This document shows, piece by piece, positions 1-12,951 of a DNA stretch of 64,000 nt. The stretch comes from Trichosphaerium sp. ATCC 40318 (lineage: Eukaryota; Protista; Tubulinea): the NCBI GenBank assembly GCA_038496445.1, contig JALMLS010000271.1, positions 62,001 through 126,000 of the forward strand, written 5' to 3'. A program made the position numbers and the translations under genes. The notes beneath the pieces are model-generated. The model did not search any database. It was not told the origin of the DNA and saw only the letters and a list, made by a program, of their open reading frames with translations. Each line of letters opens with the position of its first letter. Position 1 is the first letter of the stretch.

Positions 1-49
1 AAAAAAGGCAATATTTTGTACAAGCATCACTGGGTAACGTACAAGCACT

Positions 50-1137
50 ATGGCTATCACATGGCAGACAGTTATGAATTTTGTAAAGCTCCTTGAGATT
101 ACAAAGGGCAGAGATAAGTTCTCAAAGCTCCTACAGTACACTGCATGGGCTATACGCTGGTACCTGGTAAAATACCAACCAACCAGCAAAGAACTCGCAC
201 AACGATTTCAAAACTTTAGAATGGGCGCTGGTGGTGCGCGTAAACTCTTCAGATTGGGTCGCTCATTGGTTAACGTGCAAAAAATTCGATTGACCATAAT
301 GGCCGCTTCCCATAAGCAATTCGAGGTCAGCGACGCACTGACTGTATTAAGCAACACTGGTTTGGCTGCTTTCTTTTTCTTCGACCATGGTGTTATGCTT
401 AGCACCATGAAAGCCTTTGATTGGGATAAACAAGCATTGGTACGCCATTAAAGACGATTATTACGCACTTTTCTCAATTCAAAAATCTGTCAAAAACGCA
501 GCTGATATCGTAGCTTGTCTGCGATTAATACCCCAAACACCCATATACATTCGTTAACACTATTAAACGATAATTTGTGCAATCCACTCACTTTATTCGT
601 TAGAAGCAATTATCAGCACGTGGATGGTTTTGGGGACTCTTCTTTGGTTTATGTGGTATGCTATAGGCGTTTTGAATAATAATTAGGCACTTTTGCGTAT
701 TTTGTGACAACTTTCTTGTCAAATCTTCACTACGCGAAACGCGTAGTTGGTTTTTTTTAATATTCATGTATCTTACGCGCGTAGCCGATATCACTGGATA
801 CCAAAAAATTGCAGAACAGGACAGAGCAGCAAAATTACAAAAAAATTGGCTTCGTGTGAAGGAATTAAGTGCAAGAAGAGCCAAAATGCAGAGGCAGATT
901 GTTGCGAGATTATGTGATCTTGTGGCTGCTTCAAGGGCTTCAGAAACTATCACCTTTTGGAGCGAGGTACGCTTTAACATTGATACGAAAAAAATTTGGG
1001 CAAAAAGCAGATTTCTCCTTTTAACCTCCATATCACTCATTCTTACTTTTGAAAAGGGTTTTGTCGCTGGGTGTGGTATACTCAGCGCCAGTATTGGCAT
1101 GTATGAACTCTGGCCAAAGAAAAAAGAGGCGCTTTAA
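50..1137 (+). CDS. PEX11: Peroxisomal membrane protein PEX11 family (about 4 exons)
   Basis: N-terminal GRDKFSKLLQY and ARKLFRLGR motifs, hydrophobic C-terminal helix GCGILSASIGMYELW; GT-AG introns at about 440-603, 656-784 and 967-1056 give a continuous frame. Confidence 0.85.
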
Positions 1138-2416
1138 AATTTTTCTCGTTGTACGCGAAATAGACGCTGTTTTGTTAGTATATACGCCTGTTATATAAGA
1201 TAAGCAATTCCATGACCTTTTTGGTCATTGGGCTTGGTTTTTTTTTTGATGTAACGTGCACGCGGGTTTTGTGTACCCGTAGGGAACATACGGTTTCGTG
1301 GTAGCCAAATAAAAGCATGAAACCTAAATGAGGAATGTTTTGGGAGAATAAATGTAGCTGAAGGCTGTTTTAGTACAAAAATAGACTGACTTTGACCTTA
1401 ACTACTTCTAAAGGCGGCAGCGCGCGTTCGACTAGTTGTATTACCTGCTCAAAGGCATTACAGTACTTGGTAATTCTACATTATTGAGATATCTCCCAGA
1501 CGTCCAAATGAACACGAATGCATCGACAGGTACGTTTTATACGCGTTTTATCACGAGTTATTGACATTAGACGCAGTGTGAAAGATCTAGAAGTTTGCCT
1601 TTAAATAAGCGCAAACTATTAACGCATGGCCCTTTGGACATAACAGAAGTGCTCCTAATGGTATTCGCACATATTCTCCCGAAGGATAGAAAAAGTTGTC
1701 AGGCTGTTTGCGTACGTCTAGTTATACTTACAAACCGCCCAAACAAACAAAAGCTATGTTGGTGGTAACCCTTTGTTGGATGTAACGCCAAAATCCTTTT
1801 TTAGCATTGCCCCCTTTAGAGGCCATAACGTTACTCCGTAAACACTATCTAGCATTTCCTCATAAATAATTTTATTCTGGTGTCGTCCAAAAATTCATTG
1901 AGAAAAAAAAAAGTTTCTTTTACAAAAAAAGTACCGCTGTACCAAAGTGATTCGAACATGTGAGTCGCTTTTCGGCACATAACGTTTTTTTTTTAATCTT
2001 TTTTTTTTCCTTTATGTGTGACATGTTCGTTCCTAACCAAGCTTTTTATAGAGTCGTTGGTATTGTGTTTGTAAAGATTATTCTATAAACTGGGTTACAC
2101 TAACAAACTTGCATTTCTCCGACAACAAAACTGCCTATCTCAAGGCTAGTAATAAGCACGTATATAGGTCGTGTAATACTAGACCTTGTAATGCGAACAG
2201 AGCTGAGAATACCGAGATAAATGATGCACGTAGTTGGTTCCTCAAGAAAAACCCAAATCCGCCTGTTGGTATTGATGTACAGGGAACGCGTATTGTTTTG
2301 GTGCGTTATTACTTACTGAGTTTTTGAAATCGCGCACAAATGTGCACGACTGAGGTAGCATGTTGGCACCTACAACTACTGCTATTTTTATGAAGTCTTC
2401 GTTAATGGTGTTGTAG

Positions 2417-2822
2417 GTGGATGAGTACAGCAATGCGGTGAGATTCTTGTCAAACTTGTTCATGCGACATAAAGACTCTGACGAACCAATACTAAGCGAT
2501 ATAAACTACACAGTTCGTATTGTTGTAAGAAACGCAAAAGCCAATCCAAGGTTGTTCCGTTTAAGGTTATTGAAGCAAGAAGGTGATGTAGAACGCTACC
2601 AAGTAAAAGTTCAGATTAATTTTGTTACGTGCGTATTACTATTTCTAGTATTATTAGTAGGCATCACCTCAGGGTTAATGATGAGGCCCTTTTTCGAGAA
2701 TTTTATTTTACTTGTGATACTTTTGTAGAGTACACTTTTTAAATATTCTCGTAGTTTTGTTTTAATGCTCACATCACTTTTTCTAGGTTAGAGACTATTC
2801 TTTTAAGCTCTTTAAGTTCTGA
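2417..2822 (+). CDS. Hypothetical spliced protein (5' end unresolved)
   Basis: Exon-like segment after TAG acceptor at 2416 (VDEYSNAVRF...RYQ), donor GTAAAA, short terminal exon VRDYSFKLFKF*. No family recognised. Confidence 0.35.
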
Positions 2823-3500
2823 CAAGGAAAGTCTGAGAAGTCTAAACGCATTTCTTTGCCATATTTACGCGCAACCAAAAACAGTACGTCATCACTTTGT
2901 TATACCATAGCTTTAATATAAGAAGGTTTTTGTTTTGTAAATTTCGTTTTGGGGTAACAGTTTACGCGCTTTTTAATTTTCCGTAACAAAAAATGAGCTG
3001 AATCTAACTAAAAAACGTATAGAAATTCAGTTGTAGTGTTGATTCGCAGAATATAAAGGTAATGCGCTAAATTAGATACACCGACTACTCAAAAAGAAGA
3101 AAAAAAAATCTCGCCAATCACCATTTTATTACTCTAAAACACAAATTTATACATTTCCATACAACTGAACACCATTCTACCCAAACATTATCTTTTTTTT
3201 GACTTTTTCAATAAAGACCATTCAACCGCTACCTGGAGCGCCAAGATATACTGTATTCTATGATCACTACGCACGATGTCTTATTTCACGACGCGCAGTA
3301 CGTATTCACAAACGTTGAACTCTTTGCGATTTTTTTTTCAAATAAAAACAACCTACACTATCCGTAATGGGTTCTATGATGTATTATGTACCTCTTGGGG
3401 CTATTCATTTATGGTTTTATGAAGTTGCCTAAGAATATCATTCTCATTTTTTTTCTACTTTTGAACTCTCTACTTGAAACAAGCCCTGATGTTGTTTTAG

Positions 3501-5302
3501 GTTGAATTACGTCATAAACTTGCCAGGGCGTTAGCAACAGCAAAATGGCAATTCTGCGCTAATGGTTCAATTGATGTTGACAAAGTGACTGTATTCTACG
3601 ATGACAACGATTGCGAAGCAAAAAAGCTTACATTATGTGCTAAAAAACTGCACTCAGTTAAGAAATCTGGGGTTCTAAAAAACCCTCACATTGTCGCTAA
3701 AGAAATTACGGAATCAGATCAAAATAAGCCTATAATGTTAGATAAGATACAAGTACGTACTCTCCCACATGTTTTCATGACTTTCGGAAATTTACCGCCG
3801 ATGTATTTTCAGCTTCTTTTTTTTTTTTTTGGATTTGTTGGTACTTTCGTTGACATTCTTCTACAGAGTATGCCTTCACGCGCACGTGAAAATTTTGCGC
3901 CGTCTTTTCATCCATCGGAGTACGGAATACTAGATGAAGTACGTATACACTCTTAGCAACAAAAATACGATTTTAGAAAGGACACGTGGGAACAAAAACC
4001 AAAAACTGATTATCACGTGATATTTTTTTTTTTTGGAAATCAAAAAAAAACTCCGCTTTCGTTGTTATCGACCGACCTTTTGGATTTTCTGACACTATCT
4101 CTAAGGTTCATTCTCTTCTGGCACCAGACGCTACTCGTATAAACGCAAGAAAGATGTTTTTGACTGTTAGAGGACAACAGAATGAACACACGGATATCTC
4201 AACAGCAAGTTGCCCACAGGACTTATATGGTGATCTTGAAGCGATAGGAACACTTGTTGTTTGTTTACCTTCTGATTTTGAGGTACAACGAAATTTCCCC
4301 AACCATTTTTCTTCTTCGTCATGCTTGGTTCTTAGACTAATTACTGCTTCTATAGGGAGGTCTTCTAACACTTAGGCATGCTGGTAACACCAAAACGCTT
4401 GATTGGAGCGTTAGATCAGCTTCTGAAATGCAGTGGGCTGCATTCTCTAAGGATGCTACAATAAATGTTTCTCCTGTTACAAGAGGACATCAAATCACAA
4501 TCACGTACTCCTTGTATAAATCACAAAAAAGTGGATCCTCTTCTGATCGCGGAAAGACAGATATAAATCCATTGTATACTCCTCTTTCCGTAGCGTTGAA
4601 AGATAAACACTTCTTACCACAGGTACGTCAAGTCGACCCCCAACACAAAAAAAAACCCAAAAGAAAAACAAGTGTCCAATATTTTTTTTTTTGATTTCTG
4701 GCCATGTTGGACTAAGGTCTAGAGCTTTTTGTTTATTTATTTGTTTGTGTACTTATTGTTATATTTAGGGTGGTAAAATTGGGTTTGTTTGCCAGCATAT
4801 GTATAAAAACACGCCGGTTTATGGTTCCAAGTCTAATCCGGTAAAAGGCGCTGATGCTGCTTTGTTTGCTGCTGCAAAGGCTCTTTCTATGAAAGTCAAG
4901 GTTGTACCTTTAACACATGAATGTACGTAACATAATATATATAACAAAATCACCCAATTTTAATCACGTTGTAAACACGTGCATCGCCAAAAAAACTAAG
5001 TTAAATATTTTCAATCTCAGTTTTTTCTTCTTTTTTTTTTTTTTTCAAACATTCTTCTTTTTATCTCAGACTGACACGTGATTTTGTTTTTAGATCGTGA
5101 AGTTCTCCATGGTACTCCTCAATTAGCTTTGGATCCTCTTTATCGTGAAAGTGCTAGCAACGCTTTTCTAGACTTCACAGTAAATGCACAAGATGTATGT
5201 TGGTGTCAAGACTTATCTGATGTAAAGAGAAGAGGAGCTGGTATTGTAATTGATGTTGCAGCTTTTGAAGAGCGTGTAGAAAATGTACTTTTATGTCAAT
5301 AG
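3501..5302 (+). CDS. 2OG-Fe(II) oxygenase-fold protein with degenerate catalytic residues (multi-exon; true start upstream and unresolved)
   Basis: Spliced translation GTLVVCLPSDFE|GGSLTLRH...DWS...QWAAFSKDATINVSPVTRGHQITITYSLY...FLPQ|GGKIGFVCQHMY...KGAD matches the remembered pattern of a fungal/protist 2OG-Fe(II) oxygenase family. Confidence 0.7.
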
Positions 5303-5869
5303 AAATAAATAAATAAGAAACATAAAAAAAAACTGCCATCAACTTTTAACTACAGTGTGCAATCATATGATTGAGTGACCTTGGGTCTTTTAGAAGGAAA
5401 ATAGAGGTTAGAACGAAAACCATCACACTATTTGAAAAAAAAACCCACTGCCCTCGAAAATGTCACACTACGTTTTACAAGAAAGATATCCAAGTATATT
5501 TGTTAAATACGCACCATTACATCCATACAGTATTTACCTTCTTGTGGTAGGTGTAGACAAGGGCATTGGTTTTTTATTGATTATGTAAGCTGTACTTAAC
5601 GTGTTTGTATGCACGCTTGAGGATTTAGAGTAATCGGTGGTATTGGAGCTCTTGGAGATGTTGGTCCAAAGAACCACTTGTGTGTCCATTAAGTACACCG
5701 CATACTCTACTTAATTGTAAGAAGCACTCAAGTATGTTGATATAACTCTTTTACACGCTAGCTGGTTAGTTTTTGTTTACATCTCGCAAGTGATAATATT
5801 TGCACGACTAACTGTACGTTTAGTATCTAATGGAGTCACAAATAAAGCCTGTACCATAAGAGTGTTACA

Positions 5870-6805
5870 ATGAACCAACAAAGTGATATCTCGTTGATAG
5901 ACATTCCTACAGAGATACTCGCTCATTTGCTTCAATATTTGAAGAAACGCGAAAGATTCTCAGTGTCTCTCAGTTGTATGCGATTATTGGCAATTATCAA
6001 ACATCATGTTGGATATGAGCATATCACGTTAACATCAAGTGAAGATTGTTCGTTTATTTCAGGAAGCCCTCTTCTAAAAAATACAACAATATCTTTACGT
6101 TTTAAAGAAGAAACAGATACAGATCTTGCTCTTCTTTCTGGTGTTAAACGTCTTGGTATTCGTTCAAACGACCACATAACTGATAAAGGACTAACATCAA
6201 TTTGTGGTGTAAATATGTTGCTTCTATTAGCATGTTCAGGTATTACAGATGAAGGTTTGAAGTATTTATATGGTGTTCATGTACCGTCTGTATTTTATTG
6301 TTATGGTATAACAGGTTCAGGAATTAAACCACTTGCGAAACACCTCAAGAAAGTTAATGTCATGAATATTGGACAACGACCAACAGAGTTGGGAATATCA
6401 GCACTCAAGGGAATACCTGATATTGGCATACCATTTGCCTCCTTAACAGATGGCATGTTGTCTATGTTGGCTGGAGTTCACACTATCAATATTAGGTTGT
6501 GTCAGTTAGTTACAGACAAAGGAATTTCAGCATTAGCAGGTGTACATACAATTGATTTGAGTAGTACATATGTGACAGACAAAGGTGTTTCAGCATTGGC
6601 TGGTGTACATGCAATTTATCTCTCAAGCTGTGAGAAAATCAATGGATCGTGTATGAAGAGCCTTTCAACCGCTCACACTATTGATATATCAAATACAAAG
6701 GCAACAGACGATTGGCTTGTTCCACTTTCTGGTGTCAAGGTAGTAATCACTAAGAATTGTAGCGGGCTCACAGACAAGGCTTTAAAAGCAATTAAAAAGG
6801 TGTAA
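5870..6805 (+). CDS. F-box / leucine-rich-repeat protein
   Basis: Uninterrupted 311-aa ORF: F-box-like LIDIPTEILAHLLQYL followed by 21-22-aa repeats of type ALAGVHTIDLSSTYVTDKG. Confidence 0.85.
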   Translation: MNQQSDISLIDIPTEILAHLLQYLKKRERFSVSLSCMRLLAIIKHHVGYEHITLTSSEDCSFISGSPLLKNTTISLRFKEETDTDLALLSGVKRLGIRSNDHITDKGLTSICGVNMLLLLACSGITDEGLKYLYGVHVPSVFYCYGITGSGIKPLAKHLKKVNVMNIGQRPTELGISALKGIPDIGIPFASLTDGMLSMLAGVHTINIRLCQLVTDKGISALAGVHTIDLSSTYVTDKGVSALAGVHAIYLSSCEKINGSCMKSLSTAHTIDISNTKATDDWLVPLSGVKVVITKNCSGLTDKALKAIKKV

Positions 6806-7008
6806 TGGCGGCTATAGAAAAGGATATTAGTCACACAAGCCAATCCTAGACAGTGACAATGCGATCAAAAGACTAAGTGTTGTGGCAATGTAATTTAATA
6901 TTATCAGGTACTATGTCTGTACACAAATAATAGTATTCCATCAAGTTGTTGAACTTGTTACTATAGAATGATTTGTTTATTTTGGCTAAGTTTAAAACAC
7001 GTAAATCC

Positions 7009-7935
7009 TTAAAATATGACCTCACATCCGCTCAATTTTAGACCTTTTCTGCAACTAGCTGTTACTCTTTTTGTATTGCACAAGTAGGCTATTTTAACAC
7101 CTTTTAGAGCCATTACTCCTTTATCTGTTACAAACTTACAACAATCTTAGTGAATAGTGTGTACACCAACAAGCGCCTTCAAGCCAACATCAGTAACATT
7201 TGTTGAAGATAAACCGATTTCATGTACTCCTTCCAGGTCTGATATACCTTCATCTGTTATTTGTTTACAGCTGCTCAAATATATACTATGAACACCTGCC
7301 AACGCTTTGAGACCCTCATCTGTAATGGAACAACAACGCAAGTTGATGTTATGTACACCAGACAAAGTCTTAAACCCATCATCTGTTATTTGACTGCAAA
7401 AACCTAAGAGGATAGTATGAACACCAGATAATTCTTTGAGACCCTCATCCGTTATAGCACAACTACACAAGTCAATATCATGTACACCAGACAAAGCCTT
7501 AATACCATCATCTGTTATTCTTTCACAATCCTGTAACTTGATTGTATGCACACCAGCTAAAGCTTTGATACCTACATCAGTAACATTGGTCCATGATAAG
7601 TCAATATTATGAACACCAGATAATGCTTTAATTCCGTCATCTGTGATACGCTCACAGCCCTTTAAATTAATCGTGTGTACACCTTCAAGTTGTTTAATAT
7701 GAGCATCAGAAACAGTTCTAGTAAGTCCACTTAGATTAGTGGTTGTATTTGAAAGCAAAGGGCTTCCACACAGCAAAGTCATCTCGCTTTCAGTTTTTAC
7801 GTCAATGATATTGTAACCTACGTGGTTGTGGACAATATCGTGCATTAGATTGCATGTTTGGGCTAAACGTAGTATGAATGTGTCACATTTAAGGATATGA
7901 ACTATTAACTCTACAGGGAGTGTAACAAGGTACAT
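7009..7935 (-). pseudogene. F-box/LRR gene with a premature TAA (truncated allele or pseudogene)
   Basis: LVTLPVELIVHIL F-box and about 9 LRRs. TAA at 7147-7149 sits at the conserved Leu of HTIxL, and the repeat pattern continues in frame (DCCKFVTDKGVMALKGVK...) to TAA at 7009. Confidence 0.75.
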
Positions 7936-8282
7936 ATAATTACACTGTTGCGTTTAGTTGCTTGTTTGCTTCTTTAAAGACTGTTACTTGGCCAAGAAAG
8001 TGAGTTGATTGACCTACTCTGACCACGTTGTAGTAAGCACCCTATGGTAATTTACCACTGATAACCTTTTAAGCAGGCTCATCGTTTAGCGTTAAATGAA
8101 CACTGTTACAACAATTTTCGCTATAGCTACACATCAGCAATTATCACATAAAAACAACTAGTTTTTTTATTCAGCGTTTTCTTGTTTTTTCCATCTTCCA
8201 TGCATTCCATCCCACCGATAATTAAGTTCATGATTGACTAATGAGAATGGAATACAGATGTAGAGTAATAAGTACATTTTCT

Positions 8283-10721
8283 TTATTTTTTTGAAGGTGT
8301 TTGGGTGATAATATTTCTGTAGGTATGAATTGATGCGACAATAAAAATTAAAAGAAGTGAAATCAAAAATAGAATAATACCACCTATAAAAACAGTCAGC
8401 TCTATATTTGTATTGTAATGTATAGTACCTATTCTCGAACCCAAGTGGAGTACAAGTATAAAAGTATAGCACGTGATCATCAAAGTAGGGAAGAGAACAC
8501 GGCTCATCTTGTCAACTTTTTTCGCAACCCTATTTTCAAAACGAGTTAGCTCTTCTGATTGTGGCTGTTGAGACTCACTCTTTGGTAAGCATTGCTGTTA
8601 CCGTTAATTCAACTAATGGCATGAATGATAGTATCACATTAACAAGCGCAAAACTTTCAAACCATGTAATTCTACGGGAGTACTTTAGAAAAAAAAACAA
8701 GTTCAACAAACTATGGTGCTCACTTATTAGCTGGAGGAAGGAAGCGATTCGCACTTCCCAGTAGGTTGATTTGAGATAATAATCCAAATAATGTCGGTAA
8801 CACACGGGGTAGCAGTATACCTTGATCAAACCAAATACCAGTCCATGACACAAGCGTCATTATGACGCCCGGAAAAATCTAAAAATAGGACATTAAAATA
8901 AAACAAAATAGCCCTATCAGTTACATACTTGGCGTATTAAGAAAGGTCCCCATATTCTATGTGCATCTACTGTAACTATATATTCAGAAAATAGTATCTT
9001 GCCATCCGATAAACCGTTTTTAATGTCAAGATTTGCGTTTCTTATTTCAAATCCTTGAATCTGAAAGTCTGAACTGTAAGCGAGTAGCTCTTTGAACAAT
9101 AATAAGTAACTAGTTGTAGAGACGGATGCAATAATGTTTGTAAGCTTATGCGTACGTGATTCTTCCTTATCACTGCTCAAAGAAAAGTTACAAACAGTCT
9201 TTCCGCCAGTCTCAGAAGCGAGAACTCCCAAATCAGCTACTTTCCAATAAAGTTGTTGTGTATCAAAAGGGAACTCTATACTGTTAAATCCAAAAGAGAA
9301 TATAGACTAATACGCTCGTTATATAAACCTTTAGAATTTTGTCAACCAGTTAGAACTTCAATCAACAGCTACATGGTGATGAAGTCTAAAGTTGAAACAA
9401 AGGAAAAAAAAAACGGAAAAAAAAAACAAACCTGAAAGTATTGTGCCTTCCAGTGTACCCTTGTACTTGTAACATTTGGCGCAACTATCTTTATTTTAAT
9501 ATAAAAGATATAGTAGACATGACTGAGTGTACCTTGTATTGATTCAAGGTGAATCTCTGTATCGAAGATATCATTTTTAATATGATTTGATACACGAACA
9601 GGAGGGTTCCAAGGAAGCTGTGTTTCACTCGATAGGAAAGTACCGCTCAGACCAAGGTGTCGATAGCCCAGTGGGGTCATGGGCAGGTTCGTCTACCTTG
9701 GGTTGCCGGTTCAAATCCCGTGCTGTCCATTTCTCCTTTCACTGAACGAACAGTCTACATTTCCTCAGGTGGTGCTGAGACGTTGTTCCATTCGTGCTGT
9801 GGATAGTAGAGGATGGATTCTCGAGAATTGTTTCAGTGACCAGTCCAGGCTGGGACCCTGGTTAGTCGCCATCAAACACTCACCCGTCCGTTCCAATCGC
9901 GGTGTACATCGGATAGGCTTTGCCTAAAAACAGCGATCATACTTAATACACTCAAAAACAGCTTGCGGTCCAATGTGAACCAAGCGAAAATGATAACAAA
10001 ATTATTTCAACGAACTTGGTCAGTCTTCTAGACTTGACAATGCTTCCAAGGGCGGAGGGTCACACCCTCTTGTGATTACGAACTGTCTAGTAGATAGCGT
10101 CCTTGTCCTCCCACATTGAGAGCGACAGGTGCAACTCCTGTATAAACCCTTGGTTAGCACCAATGTATGCTAGCCTTAGATTGGGTCGTTCAGTGCAATG
10201 TAGACAAATAAAAGTAAAAGTAAAGTAAAGGAAAGTACCGCTCTCTCTAACAGAATTCTATAATATAAACGTAATAAGCTATTTGCAGGTAGACAAAAAA
10301 AAAAATCACGTGACATCAAGTCAATCAACTCCAAATCAAAATAACGAAAAAAAAAATCACTTTACCATCCTTGAATCCTCCCACATGTAATGAACAAGAA
10401 CATTAGCCAGAAATTCAGCGCGAACGTTTTGAATAACGCGTATATCTCTTATAACAAACGCTATATCAACCGGAACAGGCAGAGGACTATAAGAACGTTA
10501 ACAAGAGAGAAAATCTGTCTTCTCTAAAAAGTGAATAAATAAAAAGAAACGCATTTTTCCTTACAAGCCGTTAATTGAACAGCAAGCGCAGTGATATAGC
10601 TGAATCTTGAAGATAAACTGTACCTTGGTGGGTTTCGAGTAAATCTCGATTGAGGCGGTAACGCAGCAAGGGATAGACCCAGATACATAAAAACCAGAAA
10701 GATTTTCCCAAGCTTGAACAT
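8283..10721 (-). CDS. Pentameric ligand-gated ion channel subunit, Cys-less (Pro-loop) type; interrupted by a SINE
   Basis: Spliced exons give a signal peptide, PVPVDIAFVIRDI...HYMWEDSR (WxDxR), PWNPPVRVSN (WxP), FPFDTQQL, M1 PFLIRQ|IFPGVIMTLVSWTGIWFD, M2 PRVLPTLFGLLSQINLLGSANRFLPP, M3 ITWFESFALVNVILSFMPLVEL and M4 VDKMSRVLFPTLMI, plus one extra hydrophobic helix. Confidence 0.88.
9649..10228 (+). mobile_element. tRNA-derived SINE (about 580 bp) with 15-bp target-site duplication
   Basis: TSD AGGAAAGTACCGCTC at 9634-9648 and 10229-10243; A box TAGCCCAGTGG (9664-9674) with paired D-arm; B box GGTTCAAATCC (9708-9718); no internal TTTT; 3' tail of (GTAAA)n; GC-richer than flanks. Confidence 0.9.
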
Positions 10722-11100
10722 AGTAGTAGCTTCAAAATGACGTCAATATTTAGTTACACAATCAAAATGGTACACAAAGGCTTAACGCCTATACACTTAG
10801 CTTGGATATACACACTTCTTATTGGGTACAGTATCGTGTAATCAATACTATAAAAAAAATCACGTGGGTTATTCGATTCTTGGCGAATAGGCACGTCATA
10901 GTACGTTTAAAGTCAGAATTCGCTGAAACAATTTTTTTTGTGGATGTCTACCCAAAATACACCCGCTTTGTATCTAGATTTCGCTACCCTTGTCTATTTC
11001 TCAAGGAAAGTCAAAGAACAATATCAAGAAGTTAACTAACTAACCAATCGAACAAACAAAAATTTATTATTTAGACTTGGTACTACAACTCTGATAACGC

Positions 11101-12951
11101 CTACAATAATTGTTCTGACAATCTTCTGATACAACGGTCTCTTTCAATAAATGCTGGTGCTACTATTGTAGGCGGAATAGGTGGGTTGAAATTAAACGCT
11201 GATATACCCTCACTTATTGGTACATTTGTAGCCAAAACAGTAACATCAAAAGTTGCAATATCAATTGAAATGTATCTTCCATCACGACAGGAAGCCACCA
11301 AAGTACTTGTTGATATTGACGTTAAACCTAATAAACCAATTAATAGTAACAACTTGTATAAAAGCTTGCCTGCAATATCACATCCATCTAGAGATGTGGT
11401 ACTTCTTTGTGGCGTACATGAACCAGATAAAAAAGTGTCTGAGGCTGTCAGTATATTATTACCACCCATGTATAGAACGCCATCAACAATTTCACCTGTT
11501 CTGTGTAAGTAATATGACTCAATAACTATTTCACTTGCCTGCTGAAGCGAAAGTTCTTTGGTTAGTACAGTAAGGTGTAAATCTACAGTTTTCTAAATCT
11601 ATCTCATGAACAAATGGTACTGGACCATGTCCATATATTATTCCAGTCTGTTTATCTACCATCAATCCAAAGATTTGAGTACCAACGACAATACATTGTT
11701 TATCCTAGGAAAAAGATTATGATGTAATATAACATGTTGAGCTGTCTCATACAATTTGACAAGTGTAAGGATCAACTGAGAATATTCGTTGTTGTGCTAA
11801 GTTTGTTGTAATGTACAGTATTCTATCAAGTGCAGCACTGTACTCCAAAGCGATGGGAAACCTTTCCAGTATTGGATTATCGCAGGCTGAATAGATAATT
11901 AGAAATACAATTAGTCTTGTTAATCTGTACACCCAACAATTTCATTTATGTTTGAAAGCAGCCGATAGTCAAATCCTAGTACAGTATCTCCCTTTGCTGT
12001 GATTAGAACATTAGGCGCTATTGCTCCTTCAAAAAATAATGAAGAAAAGCCACCAGTTCGTGAAGGTAGTGATGTTGTAAACTGAGTTATTATGGATGTA
12101 GAAATGTCCAAAGAAAAGAATCTTATTGGCTCTAGATTAGTGACAATAATTTGATTATCTGAGATTGCTGTCATATCTAGAAACAGTTATGACAACATAA
12201 CAGAAAAAAGAAATACCAGCACTGCTTATTAATGCCGATTGTGGATAGTCGACTATTTGAGAAACTACACAAGATGAAGGTCCTGTTAATGGTGCTATAG
12301 CGACTCCTTGTTCCAATGCAGAAATGTATAATGTATCTCCAATTATTTCAACTATTATTAGAACAAAGTTAGACACAACAAGCAAGTACTGCCTTCGGAC
12401 GCACTTCCAGATAGTCCCGATTGAGTATTGATGTTTACTTGACAAAATTGACTAAATGAGCAATCTGTTGTATCTATCTGAACGATAACCCCACTGGATG
12501 TAAACCCATATAATATTTCTGAAGCTTTGTCAATAGCAATACTCTGAAAATTGGAGCTCAAAGAGCAAGAATGCTTAATCAAAGTAAGTAGTGTATTGTT
12601 TGTGACTTTTCAATATTTTGTTTTCTTATGTTACCTTTACTTCACACGTGCGTGGATCTACTTGCAAAAGATCATCTACAATTTTAACGAATACTGTTTG
12701 TGTTGATGGCAAATAAGCCATAGAAAAAGATGAACCAATATTTGAACCATCACATGCTAGATTACGTTAGAACTTTATCGTTTATTGTAATAGAGTGTTG
12801 TACTTTGTACAGCAGACGTTGGATCATCTATAGGTCGTATTTCAAACCCGCTACCACCCTCTCCAATAATAATAAATGCGTTATAATCTTGTGATAGTGA
12901 ATACGCAATAAACAAAGACAGAAATGAGAAAAACCAAGTTGTGGCGTTCAT
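11101..12951 (-). CDS. Secreted tandem-domain (putative double beta-propeller) family, copy A; lacks the Pro-rich linker
   Basis: Signal peptide MNATTWFFSFLSLFIAYSLSQ; family motifs GFEIR, VDPRTCEV, IAIDKA, EIIGDTLY, GFDYR, CDNP; C-terminus PAFIERDRCIRRLSEQLL*. Confidence 0.8.

Noticed and set aside
600-1100. 166-aa minus-strand ORF and similar antisense ORFs in the track
   Set aside because: These are shadows of spliced genes on the opposite strand, with no independent coding evidence.
7147-7149. Stop-codon reassignment or readthrough (TAA inside the LRR frame)
   Set aside because: TAA ends several intact genes here (PEX11, Ras, MoeA); a TTA-to-TAA change or base error is simpler.
9657-9729. 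Functional tRNA gene
   Set aside because: A/B boxes and D/T arms are present, but the acceptor stem does not pair and the anticodon arm is non-canonical; it is the head of a TSD-flanked SINE.
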